DNA of 64,000 bases from Chrysomallon squamiferum (GCA_012295275.1 CM022674.1:16368001-16432000), one strand, 5' to 3'. Shown: positions 1 through 17,953, numbered from the stretch's first letter. Notes: generated from the letters alone by a model not told the origin. Made by a program: numbers and translations.

Positions 1-171
1 TGAAAAGCTATATTATTTTTGGTCAGTGCCTAATAATAAATTTATGAAAGTAATCACATCTTGCCTCTATGTCCTTTCAAAATCTGTTGTAATGCTGACA
101 TTGGTGCTCAACTAAAGTTGGTGTTATAATGGGTTGGGTGATAAAAATGGACACCAGCTTTTGAACGCTCT

Positions 172-3100
172 ATAGTCTTAGAGAACAACCAAAAAGTACA
201 CTGAGTTACGAACATGTTTAATTTGAGTGTTTCTTAACCAAGCATCAACAATAATAATAATAATTGTATTTCACACACCTGTATTTTACCTTTCTATGTC
301 TTAATTAAATTGTAATCCCACATGCGTGTACATAAACTAGATGACCCTGTAGTAAAACAGTAGACACAGGTGAATTGTCTTTCTACATAGCTATTTGGAT
401 TTTCTTGCTATCTAGGTATCTGCATTTTTTGCCCAAAAAGGTGAAATTATTTCATCAGGAAAATTAAATGTATCAACTATTTTGATAAATAAAAGACAAA
501 CTTCCAAGGTTTCATCCTGTCTCTTCTAATTATAACTCTTTCTGTTTTTGAGATTTTGGTTCTTGTTGTGGTTGTTTTAGAAAAGAAAATGTGTTTTTTA
601 TTATTGTATTAAATTTCTTTTATTTTATTTTCTAAATGAAAATTAGCATATACTTTAATAATTTGAAAACATATATATGTTTTGTGTTATTCTGTTGGCA
701 GGACTGAAAAAGTTATATGATCAGTTACAGCGACTGGTTTAACATACAATAGCAATAATCTAAAGATGGGATTCATTGAACTATAAATAATTGTTTTGAG
801 CGTAATATATTGATGTGCATAGGTAATTGTGCAGTGAGTGTTAAACTACAGCAAATGGAAGCGATGAGTAATTCAGTAAATTATTTATAAAAGAGAATTC
901 TTCTCGGTATCTGTGGTTAATCTTAAATTTATGTCCTCAAATTACAGCAGATATTCACTCAATGTTTTATTAAGAATTTTTGTTATCACCATGTTCATCT
1001 ATGAAATGGTTATACGTCTACTTTCGGATTTCAAACTTGCGAAATCAGCTAATGTTTTCATTCAGAACAGAGGTAGACATGCTATCTCAACAACTTGTGT
1101 ACAAGTTTAGTACTGTTGTATTGACAGGACAGAAGAGTTGTATGGTCAGTTACAGACAACTGGTTTAACATACAGCAGCTAATGTCCAAAGATGGGTTAA
1201 ACTGAATTGTAAGTAAATGTTCTGTTCGTTTAAATTAGTTACATTAAAATGTAATGTTATGAGTGTGCAATGTACAGTACAATACTGATAAAACTTAAGT
1301 TGTCAAAGCCAGTCTCGGGTAGGTCCAGGTTTTATTAAAATGTAACTTTTCGTTCGTGTTGTGGTTTGTTACTTATAATTATTTCTTTAACAGTTTTCAA
1401 TCTTTACATAAAATAACCTACACTGACTTCAATAAGCAAATTTCATATTTGTCTGTGATACAAGAAATAGTTAATAATAAATAAAATGGATTTTTACCTT
1501 AGTTACCTAAAGATTCCCCAGTTAGGTGACACAAACTTTAATCCAAACATTTTGAAGCTTAAATACAGCTGTTTTTGCTCATTTTGTCTTGACATAGTGA
1601 AGAAAATATTTGTTTCCAGTGCATCTGTGCGTGTGTGTGTGTGTGTATATATCTTCAATCTGATATAAATTTGTATACTTAATGTAGAAAAATTATCATC
1701 CAGTAACTTATTAAACAATTTAAAAACATAACAGAGTAAAGACTATTAGTATTATTTTGAAAATACATTTACATTTAATGTTTAAGTGAAGGAATACATC
1801 TTCAAACATAATCATATGCTATTATAATCACACTAGAATCATGTTTAACTACATAAAATAAATTTAAAACATTATTTATTTATTTTTTATTTTTTTTTAC
1901 AAATACATGTATATATATGGTATGGAGAAATCATCTTAAAAATAAATAGTAATAAAGAAAGTATTTGTACATAGGATGATGGTTGAATGCTGTACTATTC
2001 ATAGATGTCACTACTGTATTGGTGGTGTATTAAGATGACAGTTTCAAACACTACACAGATGAAATGTGTCTGTAAATTAACATGAAATCATGAAGTGACC
2101 AAGATTTGGAATGAAGAATGTAGCAGTTTATTGACAGCTGAAGTCTACAAATTCTGAAAGTATGTTTATGTACAAACAGACAGAATATTGAAGAATAATC
2201 ATATACTATTTATTTAATAGATGTAACAGTTTTGTCACCATGATATTAGGTATCAGACATGTTCATACTGACTTATTCCAAACATTTGAATTTTAAGAAT
2301 TTTTTACAGTACTAAGTAAGTACTAAGGAAGAGTTACAGCATTGGTTTGGATGTAGAGTGTTGAGGTCACTAATGGACTGATGACTGTAATTGTTTTCAA
2401 ACTGATGTCCTGTAGGTTTGAGCCATAACTGTTGAATGAATTCTTATTTTGTGTCATCTTTGTGTTTATTATGTTCACCATTGTGCCAAGTTGACACTGA
2501 ATGAGAGATGTGCTAGACAGTGGAGTTCAAAATATAATATGTGAGCCTGCTCCAGTTAAGAAAAAAACAAGGAACATCATACACTGGCCTCTCACAGTGA
2601 AAGCAGTTGTAACTGTCATTCTGATACATAGAACATCATTCTGTTGTGAATCATCACAACTTTGTGATTACTTGTCACGTTTTTACTCATTATCTTCAAG
2701 TGAGATTTTGATTTGTATTGTTTATATAAAATAATTTAGTACAGTGGACAAGACTAAGAATATTACTTAGTAAAAGTATTCATGGTATAGTTATATTTGT
2801 ACTGTTTCTATAATTTAGTAATAGGTCCGACAAAACTAAGATAGGAACTGATTATAATATTACTAATATGATTCCTCAAAAGAATCTGAATCCTGAACTA
2901 TCTGAACTGACCCAGCTGATACATTGTTACTCACAGATCATCTTTATGACTTTCCGTTCTGTATGCAGACTGATGTTGGTATGTGTTTTCAGTTTGAAAA
3001 ATGCACTAAATGGAAAGTTGATATCATGAATCCTAAATTAATCAGTTTAATGGCAGTGCAGTAATTTCCATGGACTTTTGTTACAGTGCACTGGTTTTGT

Positions 3101-3998
3101 CATTTACTGTGATTTCTGACAACTGTTCTGTTGATTTTTGTCATGTTTATTTGTAATGTTTAAAACAATTTGGAATAGCACTAGTAAATCTGTGTGTTTC
3201 AGTTTGACTACAGAGCAAAGCAGCAGAACAGCTGAGAAACACAGGAACCCAGAGCCAGAACCTGCCCCAGTCAGCCCATCACCAACCCCTGAAAAGAAGG
3301 AAAAGAACAAATCCAAAATGAGGTAAGATTAATTAATTAGAACTATGTTTTTAGATAACAGTATTGTGAAATTGTGTTTTCTTGAATATTTCTAAATAAC
3401 ATGATCAAACACCTCTTTTTAAAAAATGAGGATATTTATTTTTTGCCTTTTTTTATTTGACTACTTTACCAAATTGAGAATACAGTCTACGAGTCAATGC
3501 TAGTATTAATACAAGGTACTAGATATAGGTCTCTAGTAAAGTGTGCAAGATGTAGTAGATATTTGGATCAATACCTGCTGATGGAATCTTGAGCTGTTTT
3601 CATTTTAGCAGTGCTCAACACCTGATGTATGAAATAGTTTGTACTGTTTGTTGGTTGGTATAAATGAAACATCACTTGTTGTTAATAAGACAGAGTAGAC
3701 AGTGAAGTGACTGCAGTGGGTTTCTTCTTTTGTTATCTGACTGTTCCTAAATCTTATGTCTGACCCATATAACAGTAAATAAAATAAGTAAATAAATCAT
3801 TTCTTTTCTTCCCTTCTATATAAAAACAAAATCATTATATTATTTTTTACAGCTCAGGGAATATGGATGACAAGACTGAGAGTTCAGAAGTTTCTTCTAA
3901 CACAACAGCTATTTCTTCTGCAGAGACTGTGACAGTTGTTTCTTCTGAAGAGACTGTGACTGCTGTTTCTTCTGCAGACACTGTAACAGCTGTTTCTC
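172..3998 (+). repeat. Inverted segmental duplicate of ~38720-43316 (5' part of the RHIM-nSTAND3-ANK gene)
   Basis: Collinear reverse-complement matches throughout, e.g. ORF 913+ vs 42352-, 3104- vs 39455+, and intron sequence 3330-3850 vs 38915-39445. Confidence 0.9.
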
Positions 3999-4015
3999 AA
4001 CCTTGTCTTGTATAA
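3203..4015 (+). pseudogene. Truncated paralog of the NLR-like gene: exons 3203-3322 and 3853-~3998
   Basis: ag|TTTGACT...ATGAG|gtaag (120 nt, LTTEQSSRTAEK...KSKM), then ag|CTCAGGG... with TVTAVSSxE repeats. Homology breaks at ~3998, followed by TAA at 4013-4015. No RHIM or NTPase exons follow. Confidence 0.75.
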
Positions 4016-4079
4016 TGCGTCCGCGTTACGGGACCTCAGTCTTTTGGGAGGACACCCACAAATTCAAGAGTCATTATGA

Positions 4080-5110
4080 CACAAAGAATTACATTAAACC
4101 GGTGCGTGCCTGAGTAGTATATACTAAGAATTATATTACAGGGGTGTTTGGGTCAGTAGGCTAAATAAGTGAATACATTACAGGGTACAAAGGTCAGTAC
4201 GATTTACAACGGATTATATTACAGTGGTATATGGTAGGGTAGACAAAGATTTACATTACAGCGTTGAAGATCTGAGTATATTTCTCAAAAACAATATTAC
4301 AATCAGGCAAAATACATTAAAGGAACAACTTATATCAGACTGTGTTACAGATGTGTATGGTTATCTTTTCATTACATTTTGAAGTTCATTGTTAAATGAG
4401 ATTTTTATTATAAGGGCAATGTATAATTAATTATATTACTGACGTTAAATGGATTATATGTGTACGCACACACACACATGAACACACACACACAAACACA
4501 AACAATTATTGATAACTGAAAACTTATTTTTTCTTCTTTCGTACAATTATTATGTAGGCACTAGGATTGTTGGTAAATTTAGACTCACTGACTATTCGGT
4601 TATTTTATATATTTAAATGTCAGTCACTATTTTGCTTATTCACTCTGGCACACTGAAGAAACGGAAAACAATTTAATTTACAAATTTCATTTCCTTTGTT
4701 AGTTTGCATCATATACATGATTACTGCTTGACAGTCACCTAATAAACAAAAAGTTATTTGGGCATAATTACATGCAAGCTATATACGAAAATGAATATTG
4801 CTCGTGGTCATTCAAAAAGAGTTATGTGAAAGATGTCCATGCTTAAGAAAAGAAAAACAATGTCTTTATTTGTATTTAATATTTCTGTTATTACTATTGT
4901 TTTATGTCTATGATTTTTTACCACTGTATTAAATCAAATGTTATTATAATTTTTATGATATAAAAAAGACATGTAACTTTACTGATCTAAAGGTTGATAT
5001 ATATCGATAAACAAACCGATTAGAAAGAAACATACATAGATACGGACAGATAGACAGACAGATCACAGGTTGAAATATTTGGCTGTTATTATTTGTATTA
5101 GTATTATTTT
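4080..5110 (+). repeat. Degenerate ~41-bp minisatellite plus flank, homologous to ~54480-55630 (and, inverted, ~59870-60990)
   Basis: Recurring ATTACATTACAG..GGGTCAGTAGG units. Shared downstream block AGACTCACTGACTATTC..GTCAGTCACTAT at ~4580 and ~55190. Confidence 0.7.
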
Positions 5111-5973
5111 ATTAGTACTAGTAATAAACAAGTCAATTAAATAGTATCTTTTATGCATTCATATTAACATATTGTATTGTCTTGATTACTCATAAACAAT
5201 AAATAAAATTTATCGAATTGTTATATATTTCTTATTTTATAACAATAGTTAATTACAGCACAATTTAACTATTTCATGAAGATTAATGCTTGTCTTGTGT
5301 AATTTCCACACACAACAAATACTAACTCTAAGATATATAAATAGTTAACTACAAAATGCTTATTTCCTGTTCTAGATATCTCATACGAAAATTGATTAAT
5401 AAACACTTTTCATCTAAGCAATTTATTTCTTTAAAAGAAGCATAAACAACCAGAAACAGTAACTTGAAAAGTGTAATGGCCCAGTTCAAAGAAATTAGAT
5501 AAAGAGATTTTCAGAGAGAAAGAAAACAAAACTAAATCACACACACTTTACAGCTTTAGTTCAGTTATTTCAGAAATGCAAAAATAACAAGGTTTGAAAC
5601 TGTACACATTTGGTAGTTTAAATGTGATCTATGGCTACAGTATCATGGACACTTTCAAGTCACAACATACATGTGCAGGGGAAAAGACCGCGTGCATGTG
5701 TATGTGTATGTGTCTATATGTATGTGTCTGTGTGTCTGTGTTTGTATGTGTGTGTGTGTGTGTTTCTAAGGTGGAGGCATACATGCGTATGTATGTATGT
5801 GTGTATGATTATTTCTCTTTCGTTTACAGATGCATTAAGGTAAATGAGGATCTTTGTTCTAAATCAAATATAATATAATATCTGAAGTTAACAATCATCA
5901 TTTTACATTAAATTAACACCGTTATAACATAATGTTAATGAGAGGACACTGAATATTACTACACTGCTGATTA

Positions 5974-6173
5974 NNNNNNNNNNNNNNNNNNNNNNNNNNN
6001 NNNNNNNNNNNNNNNNNNNNNNNNNNNNNNNNNNNNNNNNNNNNNNNNNNNNNNNNNNNNNNNNNNNNNNNNNNNNNNNNNNNNNNNNNNNNNNNNNNNN
6101 NNNNNNNNNNNNNNNNNNNNNNNNNNNNNNNNNNNNNNNNNNNNNNNNNNNNNNNNNNNNNNNNNNNNNNNNN
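5974..6173. other. Assembly gap (200 N)
   Basis: Run of N. Confidence 1.
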
Positions 6174-6400
6174 AACTTATCGAATAATAATTTATCTTTC
6201 TTCACCTGTTTTGTTATTTTTCAGATTGACTAATATTACACTGATCAATCTATATATGACCATCCACTGAACTGAGTCACGTGGGATCAATTGAACCGAC
6301 TTTCCCAGTAATGTTTTGTCTTCAAAGAGATGATGTTATTTAAAATATTTATGTGTTTTTATATAAACTAGATATTTTGTTTACAATCAGCTTGATATAC

Positions 6401-6446
<46 letters not shown>

Positions 6447-6969
6447 TGTGTTTTATTTATTTCTTATGTTTAGTAGTAGTAGTTGTGGTAGTGGTAGTAG
6501 TAGTAATATTTATATTAGTATTGTTTTGTTGATTGTTTGTTTGCTGATGCTTTAATGAAAGTGTTGTGTGTTTTTTATTATTAATATAATACTTTTTTAT
6601 ATATAATCATGCTTGTTTTATAACCAATGAACAAGAAAACAAACAAACAAACAAACAAACAGAAAAAAAAAATACATGAAGCATAAAAATATTTTCCTTT
6701 TTATTACAGACAGAATAACAAACAACTTAAAAATCAGAATCAACACTGGTAGAAGTTTCACGAATTTTTCCTTCACAAAATACACTTTTATATTAGCAGC
6801 TAGGAACCTATTACAAACTCTTTAATACAGTACAGCTCATACCAACAGAAACAAAGACGAATGTGAAGGTGAGAAAAAGACTGGCTAAAGCCGGGATCGA
6901 TTCTTATAATCTACCGATATCAGGCAAACCTTTCAAATATCAGTAATAGTTCTCATCTTTTTTTATTGT

Positions 6970-7190
6970 CAAACACGCAGACCGTCGAATTTTCAACACA
7001 GTTTCAGTGCAAAACAGAATATGACCACATTTTCATAACACTTATAATTGAAAACAGAAGACGGTCAAACTTTTATTACAGTTGTAATTGGCGAAAGAAG
7101 ATAATTGGACTCGAATTACACATATAAGTCAAAACAGAAGATGGTGAAATTGTCGTTACAATTTTAGTTAAAAAGAGAACATGGTCGAAT
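6970..7190 (-). repeat. Degenerate 40-bp tandem repeat (~5-6 units) at the 3' end of lectin copy 1
   Basis: AAAACAGAAG-ATGGTCGAAT-like units at 40-bp spacing, homologous to 14271-14470. Confidence 0.75.
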
Positions 7191-9437
7191 TTAATTAAGG
7201 CCGTTGTACCCCGATCCTCCCTTATAACCCCTAGCACATGCGTTACCATTGTCCTCTGTAGAGAACCTCATACCATTGTAACGAACGTTATCTGTTACAG
7301 TGTTTATCAAGGCATCACCTACAAGTAAACATTCTATTGTTATTAGAATCACATTCGTGTCAATCAGTTTTCTAACATAAAATACAAGTCTCAACGACTT
7401 CGACTACGATTACGATGATGACACTTTTCTTTAAACGTAAGGTTTAAAACTAGTTTACTGTTTGGTCTTTTCAGTGAGGTAACCGTTATAAATCTTTTAT
7501 TTTATCTACATGTTTAAATGTGGTATTCCTTTGTGAGCTTGAGACAGTTTTATTTCTTTCATGTTTTCTGTCCTCCTTTTAGCTGATTACTGAGTGTCGT
7601 ATAGGACATGGCTCTCAGTGGTAACCACTGTTGTTTTAAAGATGTGGTTGAGACCCATGGGCTATATCTAAGAAGTCTCAACAATTTTCTCTCCTCTCTT
7701 ATTGTTGTCTTACGGGGTCTCCCATGTCTTGGACGATCTTGAGAAACCTGTTATGGTAGCTCTGTGTTTTGTTTAAAAGTTTCGAAATGATGGATATAAT
7801 ACGGCAAAGTTGACGTCCAAATAGTTTCAGGAGAATTCCTGGATCTCTCATGCCAATCGATGGCACATTGTAGTCTGTGACAATTTACAACGTGCCAATT
7901 CACCACAGTTATAGTTCTGAATATTCGGAGCAAACTGAGAGGTCAAAGAATAATCACAATAAACTTGAATACTGTTTACATGAACATAGGTGTGAACAGT
8001 TTATAGGACAAATTAACATACAGTTATATTAATCGATTATTTTTATTGTTACTGTTCTGGTTGTTTATTCTACACATTTATTTTAGAAATAAATTACAAT
8101 TGTATTAATTTGGTTATTTAATTATTTATTCATTCATTCATTCATTTATTTCATTTTTTGTTACTTTGTTTATTTTAAAACATTCTTCTTATTATTAGAA
8201 TGATTGCTGTTGTTATTGTTGTATTTATTTCAAATTACCCGCATTTCCGCTGTATTTTTCAACTGATAACCAATAAAAATCATCTTCTCCAGTTATTGAG
8301 AAATCTTTGTAGATAGTAAAAGTCGTGTTTCCTTCGAAATCTTCCAAGTCAGTTCTCAGATCGTAGTAACCCTGTCTGGTCAACCGATGTATGTTCTCAT
8401 TGCCTGGCAAGATAAATCAGATCGGTAATCGATAAATCTACTGTCCAGTGAATGAAAGTTTTTTTCTGAACTTACTCCATTAATTCACTAACTTTTTAAT
8501 ATACTTATTTTAATTATTTTGTACTAATTACCTACCTAACTTGAATTCTTTAGTTAATGAAACAAATACGTCTCTGTAATCTTGCCAAGCTCTGTAAAAG
8601 TTTTCTCATCCGTCTGTCCGTCTATGAAATACCTGAAAACATAGGTCCCTCATCTGCTTAAAACGCTCATGAATAAAACAAAACGGAAAGGAACAGAAAT
8701 AGACGAAACACAGAGAAAATATATCAATTGAAAACGATATTACAAATAATAATGATAATAAAAGCATTCCTCAAACTTACAAGCCAACCGCTATCATTAT
8801 CTGGTATTTCGCAGTACGCCCTGATTGGTGTGCCGTTGTCACGTGGTACAATTGTATAAACTCCGCTTGTTTTACCTCCATTCATAATTATCTCTACACA
8901 GTCAGACGGAACACTTTCTGTAATAATAACAACAACAACAGTGATGATAACGCTAGTTTATGAATTCTTATGCAAAAAGAAGAAATGCATAATTCAGGAA
9001 TAAATGTATACAAATAAATGCATATATAAACACATAGACTTATTAACAAACACACATTCATATGAACAAAACAATCCGTGTTTTTCTAAATGTATTTGTA
9101 TATAAGTAAACAAATAAACCACAACTTACCATAATATTCTGTTTCTGTCTTACTAACAATCGACAGAGAAGTCAATAGTTCACTGTACAGAGAACACATG
9201 CCGTTGCCGTTGTTGTAGATGAAACCTCTTCAACCGACGTAGTCGGAGCATTCTGTGACGCAGTAGACTTTACTGGACACTTTCAATTATTTTGAAGAGT
9301 CTTCTGCAGGTTTCTTATCGTTGTAATGTGGGAAACTTTCGAATAGTCTTACGAGTGCCAAGCTCGGAATTGAAAAAAAGAAACAACGATTATCAAACAC
9401 AGAATATTATCTCGTGCATCTTTTTCATTATCTCCAT
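7191..9437 (-). pseudogene. PAN/Apple + fibrinogen-related domain (FReD) lectin, copy 1, pseudogene
   Basis: Exons 9437-9130, 8917-8781, 8632-8536, 8403-8239, 7318-7191 with GT-AG borders matching copy 2. Exon 1 has indels and stops (including Cys->TGA), exon 3 has GGA TGA, and the last exon is deleted after GYKGG..YN. Confidence 0.9.
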
Positions 9438-10477
9438 AAAATACTGATTTGTTCTACTAGTATTTCCAAGAGACTGTCACTACAAAACTGAACTTTTCAA
9501 GAACTATTTCATTCTGTTAAAACCTTTCTTTAATAATTGCTATTAATTTTCGCAGTTCAAATGAAATATATAGAAGCCAAACAGAATAGTAATCAGATTT
9601 AGTAAACAAGTTTTTGATGTTGAAGATGGTTAATTTAATTTGTAATGTAGTGATTATATTGTTGTTTTTCGGTATAATTCGTATTGATTCTTTCTATTCA
9701 GTTGAAAGAAATAGAAGCCGACCATAATTGTTTATTCGTTTAATAGTCATCAGGGAAATGATCATTTGAAATATGATTTGTACATCTTTGAAAATTAATA
9801 TTTACGCTTGCTGAACTAGGAGAATCTTTTATATTTTCCCTCTGTTTTTGCCTCGTCTTGATTTCTTGTTTCTTTATGTCTTGCTTCAGGGTCTGGTTTT
9901 AGCTAAACATTCTGTTTTTATATTTTTTGCTGCATCTTTGTGTTTTTGGTTTTCTTTTTATTCGGGGCGGTGGGCTGTTTATTTGGTTGTTTTGTTTATT
10001 TGTTTTTGATTTCGTTCTCTATCTATGTTTCAGTTATTTTGTTGTTTTTATTGTTCTTACTGTTCATATATTTTATTAATATATATTTTTGAGTCTGTAT
10101 CGTGTGGGCTGTATAAAATAAATAAAATAAAATAAATAATTCCTTCTTTTCCAGGATTTCAATAATCCGTCTATCTATCAACTAATGTATCATCTATTCA
10201 CACACCCATCTTCATATACTGAATCACAACGGTACATGTACATACCTTTTGACTAAAGATATATATAGAGAGAGTATTAAGTTAAAACCTTAAACCAAGT
10301 GAATTATTTATTTCATACTCTGTTGGATATGATCGAATATTCAAGTTACACCTACAAAGTAATTTAATTTTATTATTATTGTTTTCACAGAGAGATTATT
10401 AGTTTTATTGTGTGTGTATGTATGTATGTATGTATGTATGTATGTATGTGTTTATTCTGTTTATGTATTGTGTTTGT

Positions 10478-10540
<63 letters not shown>

Positions 10541-10919
10541 TATATACATATAAATGTAACGTAGGACAAATCAATTTCTAGTATGTTCAATGCAACCACA
10601 GCATCATCAGTTATGATTATTAAATAATTTATTGTGGACTCTTTGACAGAACTGTGATAATAATTACTCATTTACTTGTTTTCATATTTACAGTATTCTT
10701 TCTAATATCATTAATATTACTACTACACTACTTTTGTTATTGTTAATTTATTGTTATTACTGTTATTATTCGTGATGTTCTTGCTAGTGTTATAATTGTT
10801 ATTATGATAACAATAAAGAGAAAATTTGTCACCTTTTTTTTTCATTATATTTAAATGATTTAGCAGTTTGTTCAGCCACAGAAGTCTGCAAAGGTATTCA
10901 ATAATAGCATATTTTGTTG

Positions 10920-11740
10920 CGAAAAATATTAATCTATATCTCAAGATATTTGTCCTGTTTTATGCTGATGACACTGTGCTACTAGGGCAACACAAAATTA
11001 TTTACAGCATCAACTGCATTGTTTTGAAATGTATTGTAGAACATGGAAATTAAAAGTTAAAGCTGCGAATCCAAAACATTATTTTTCTTCCAGAGGCAAT
11101 TTGAAAACAGATTTATATATAATAATATGGAAATAGAAATTGTGGCTCAGGTTAAATGCCTCGGGCATGTTTTAATTAAATGTGGATCCTTCATAAACGC
11201 TAACAAAAATTTATTCAACATAGATTCAAACTCAGTGTTTGCTGCATTAGAAAAGTGTATTTGTTAATTTATCAATCAAATGTCGGTTAGATTAGTTTTT
11301 ACAAGATTGTAAACCAGTTTTATTATATGAATTAGAGAGATATCCATTTTCTATGAGTGTTACAATAAGAATGATTACATTTGGGGAAAGACTGTTAACT
11401 GTAAACAGTACCAATTGTCTAGCTTACTATGTATGTTTGTATCTTATAACCATACCATAAATGCTATATCAAGTCCATGGTTATCTTCCTTAAAAGCTAT
11501 TCTAGATAAATCTGTGTATGTAACATGTATTCATGTGTCTGTTTTGTGGTTAAAATACGCTGTTAAAATAATTTTATATGATCAGTTATCTCAATAATGG
11601 AACACAACAAAAGTTGAGTCATCTAAAGGCATTAAATACAGAATGTTTAAATAAGAACATCCATTATCTGTTAAAGCTGCAAATACTTTATCAAAAACAT
11701 TAACCGATTATATGTCTACGTTAACCTATTGCAACGATAA
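10920..11740 (+). mobile_element. Decayed non-LTR retrotransposon (CR1/L2-like) RT fragment
   Basis: LKIFVLFYADDTVLL (YADD motif), followed across frameshifts by WKLKV, EIEIVAQVKCLG and PWLSSLKAILDK. Confidence 0.75.
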
Positions 11741-12029
11741 ACAAAGTTATATGAATCTTAATTTAAGGGAAAAATAATCAAAATTATATGTTTGTTAACC
11801 TATAGGAAAAAATATTTACACCTTGAGCATGAAAACCTATATGCCACATTCATATCTGGGCCGTACGATAAACGAAAGGCTATGTTATATCTCTATGCCA
11901 CTACTATTACTGTGATATAATTATATTGTGAGTCAAATAAAAAAAAAGAAACAAGGATGAACATTTATTTTTTATAGAGGTAGAATAATAATCGTGAGAA
12001 CTCAGCAAGAGCAAAGTGAAGCTCTTCTG

Positions 12030-12060
12030 CATTTATATATATATATTCACACATGTACAT

Positions 12061-12105
<45 letters not shown>

Positions 12106-12124
12106 TATATGCACATATATATAA

Positions 12125-12210
<86 letters not shown>
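12030..12210. repeat. (TA)n/(TG)n microsatellite
   Basis: Direct inspection. Similar tracts: 10410-10550, 16086-16215 (TA/AG), 17448-17560 (CT), 22675-22790 (ATT/GTT), 33788-33842 (GT). Confidence 0.95.
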
Positions 12211-13082
12211 ATTGTTTGTTGTCTACTTTTTTTTTACTGAATTCTGAGGAAACGTTCTTCATCCATGTCTGTGTTTGAAATTCATGCTGTCTATATTCTG
12301 AATAACTATTTTTATTTTACGTTAGATTCACCTTCTCTCCATTATTCAATAATAATAATAATAATTAAAAAATTATTCAAAAGTAAAAAAATTTTTTTTT
12401 AATTCGCAAAAATCATGATTTGACTGATTTTACAGCAGACCTTTCTAAAAGAAACAAATCAAAGACATTTTACAAATTATTGAAAAAATAATGAGTAAAC
12501 AGTTTGTAATTTTCTTCCGTTGTCAGTGTTCAATCATGTCTGTACTGGGCACCCTATTCGAGTAAATTTAGAAATTAATTTCACTGATAATAATTACAAA
12601 CATTTAATTGAAAATTAATAATCATCAAACATAATTATTATTAATAAGCATATATGATATACAAATTATAATAATAAATTACATTTAATTTAAAATGTAG
12701 AATAATTATTACATCATAATTATTACCAATATGAAAACAATAATTATTATCAATATTATAATATAAAATGATCTTAATAATAACAAATTACATTTAGTTT
12801 AAAATGCACATAAACAGAGTAATTGTTATATCATAATTATTATCAATATGAAAATGTAAAACAATAATTATTGTAGCAAATTAGGAATAAGCTTAACACA
12901 TTCAATGGCAGATAAATCAGTCAGGATTTCAATAGAAACCTGAAACCTTTGTGACCTTTGATCCAATACAATGGAATTCATCTGGTTTTATCACAGTTAA
13001 GTTATTTCCCATTCAGTGACAATTTTGACCTCAGAGATGGAAGGGAAAAGCCTATCTAATAACATATTATTAATAAGAAATA

Positions 13083-13115
<33 letters not shown>

Positions 13116-13407
13116 TTTTGAATATGCAAATGCGAAATATTACAAATAAGCATATGTATTATTAGTAGTATAACAATATATTATCAATTCTAATGTAAAA
13201 ATGAAACAATAACAAATATAAATATGCAAATTAAAGTTATTATAATAATGTATTATGTATGGAGAAATGTTAAATATTTATTTTATCTTATTTCTTTATG
13301 AATATTCAAATGTAAAATATAAGAAATCATGAACGATAAATTGTTAATGAAAAATAGATAAATAAATAAACAAACAAACAAAAAGGCAAATAAATAAATA
13401 AAACAAG

Positions 13408-13438
<31 letters not shown>

Positions 13439-14433
13439 TATTTTATTTCTAATAAAGAGATAATAGAAATATTTTCAAATCTAGAGTCAAAACTGGTAGA
13501 AATTTCAAATAGTTTTACATTCACAAAATACATTTTTATATCAGCAGCGAGGAATTATTTACAAACTGTTTATACAGTATACAACACATACTACATGTTT
13601 TTTTTACATAGAGTCACAAAAAACAAGCACGAATGAAGCTGGGATAAATCCTTATAATCAATACACAGTTATGTGGCAAAACTTTTAGATATCAGTAATA
13701 ATTCATATTGTTTAAAATAGTATTTTAAATTTATCTTTATCCAAAACACGAATAAATGTCTTATCAAATTCAACAACTATTGTTTATCTAAATCTGAATT
13801 TCTAGTACTTTCCAAAAACAACAATTATTAAGTCACATTTAACAACTGTTTTCAAAGACCATTGCTATATTTACATTCAGGAATTGCTTCTAGAATACAG
13901 TTTATAAATTTACGTTCTGCAACTGCTTCAGAAATAGTAGTTTATATATTCAAATTTTAAAAGTTTCCAAAGGTACGTTGTAAAATTAACATTTAAAAAC
14001 CATTTGCAAAGACATAACTTACAAATTTAAGTAATAAATAAAACAGTTTCAAATAATCTAGCAACACAAAATGAAATAAACAATTGAACTTTTTTTTTTT
14101 TTTTTTTTTTTTAAATATATTGTTTTTCTTTATGAGTTTCAATATATAGACTATAAAACATCCTTTAAAATGGAATTTTTTTCTCTTCCTTTATTTTTAT
14201 TTTAAATCTCCAGTGATCAATTCATATTCATTAGGCGAATACTACTGTCTCATTTCCAATGAGAAAGCACTTTTAGTTCAAACGGAGAAGATGGTCGAAT
14301 TTTCATTACACTTTTAGTTCAAAACAGAAGATGGTCGAATTTTCGTCACAGTTTTAGTTCAAAACAGAAGATGGTCGAATTTTCGTCACAGTTTTAGTTC
14401 AAAACAGAAGATGGTCGAATTTTCGTCACAGTT

Positions 14434-16944
<2,511 letters not shown>

Positions 16945-17444
16945 TTTATAAATGGTATCAGTGCTGAAATTCACGTATCTCTGCTCGGAATTAAATTAAT
17001 CCACTTATATAAAGATATTTTAATCGTTATTTCATAGAGAAAAATACAGTATTAATTACTTCTACAAATGTTTCCAAGACACTAACTAGCAGTCTACAAA
17101 ACTGACCTCTTCAAATTATACTGAGCGTTTGAAACAGTCTTCTGCTTTCAGTCCACAGCATAAATATTTCATCCTTTGTCCGTCTACTCGTCTCACTTGG
17201 GTGATTAAATTAATAATACACTAACCGTACATAGTTTTTCTAATAAGTACTATCAATTTCCTGAGTTTAGCTGAAACATATAGAAGCCAAACAGAAAGGT
17301 AAATACCTTTATACTTATTAGTAAATTAGACGTCAGAGAAATGATTATTTGAAATGTGGTTTGTTTGTCTTTGAGAAATTAATATTTACGCTTGCTGCAT
17401 AAGCAGAATATCTTGTATTTTGTCTTTCCTTCCTTTTGTTTTGT

Positions 17445-17548
<104 letters not shown>

Positions 17549-17908
17549 GTCTGTCTGTCTGTCTGTTTGATATTTTGTTTTTTTCTGTTTTGCTTCAGGG
17601 GTTAGTTTAGGGCGAAATGATTGTCTAATTTTGACTTTTTCTTGGTGTATCTTTGTGGGTTATTTGGTATTCTGAGGGGGTTCGTTCGTTATTTTGTTTA
17701 TTTTTAATCTTACTGTATTTTTTCTTCTTTGTCTTCTTCTTCTACATAACGTTTGTGTATGTGCATTGTGTGGGATGAATTAAAAACAAAATTTTTTTTT
17801 TTTTTTTTCCTGGATTTCAATAATCCCTCTGTCTGTCTATCCACCGATGTATCCATGGATCTACCACGTCATACTCACAGACTCATAACACAAGTTGGTA
17901 TCAGCATG

Positions 17909-17953
<45 letters not shown>

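Noticed and set aside
7590-7935. GC-richer insert in the lectin copy 1 intron with a GRPRKT-like minus-strand motif (RTE-LINE 3' end?)
   Set aside because: Too short and degenerate to assign.
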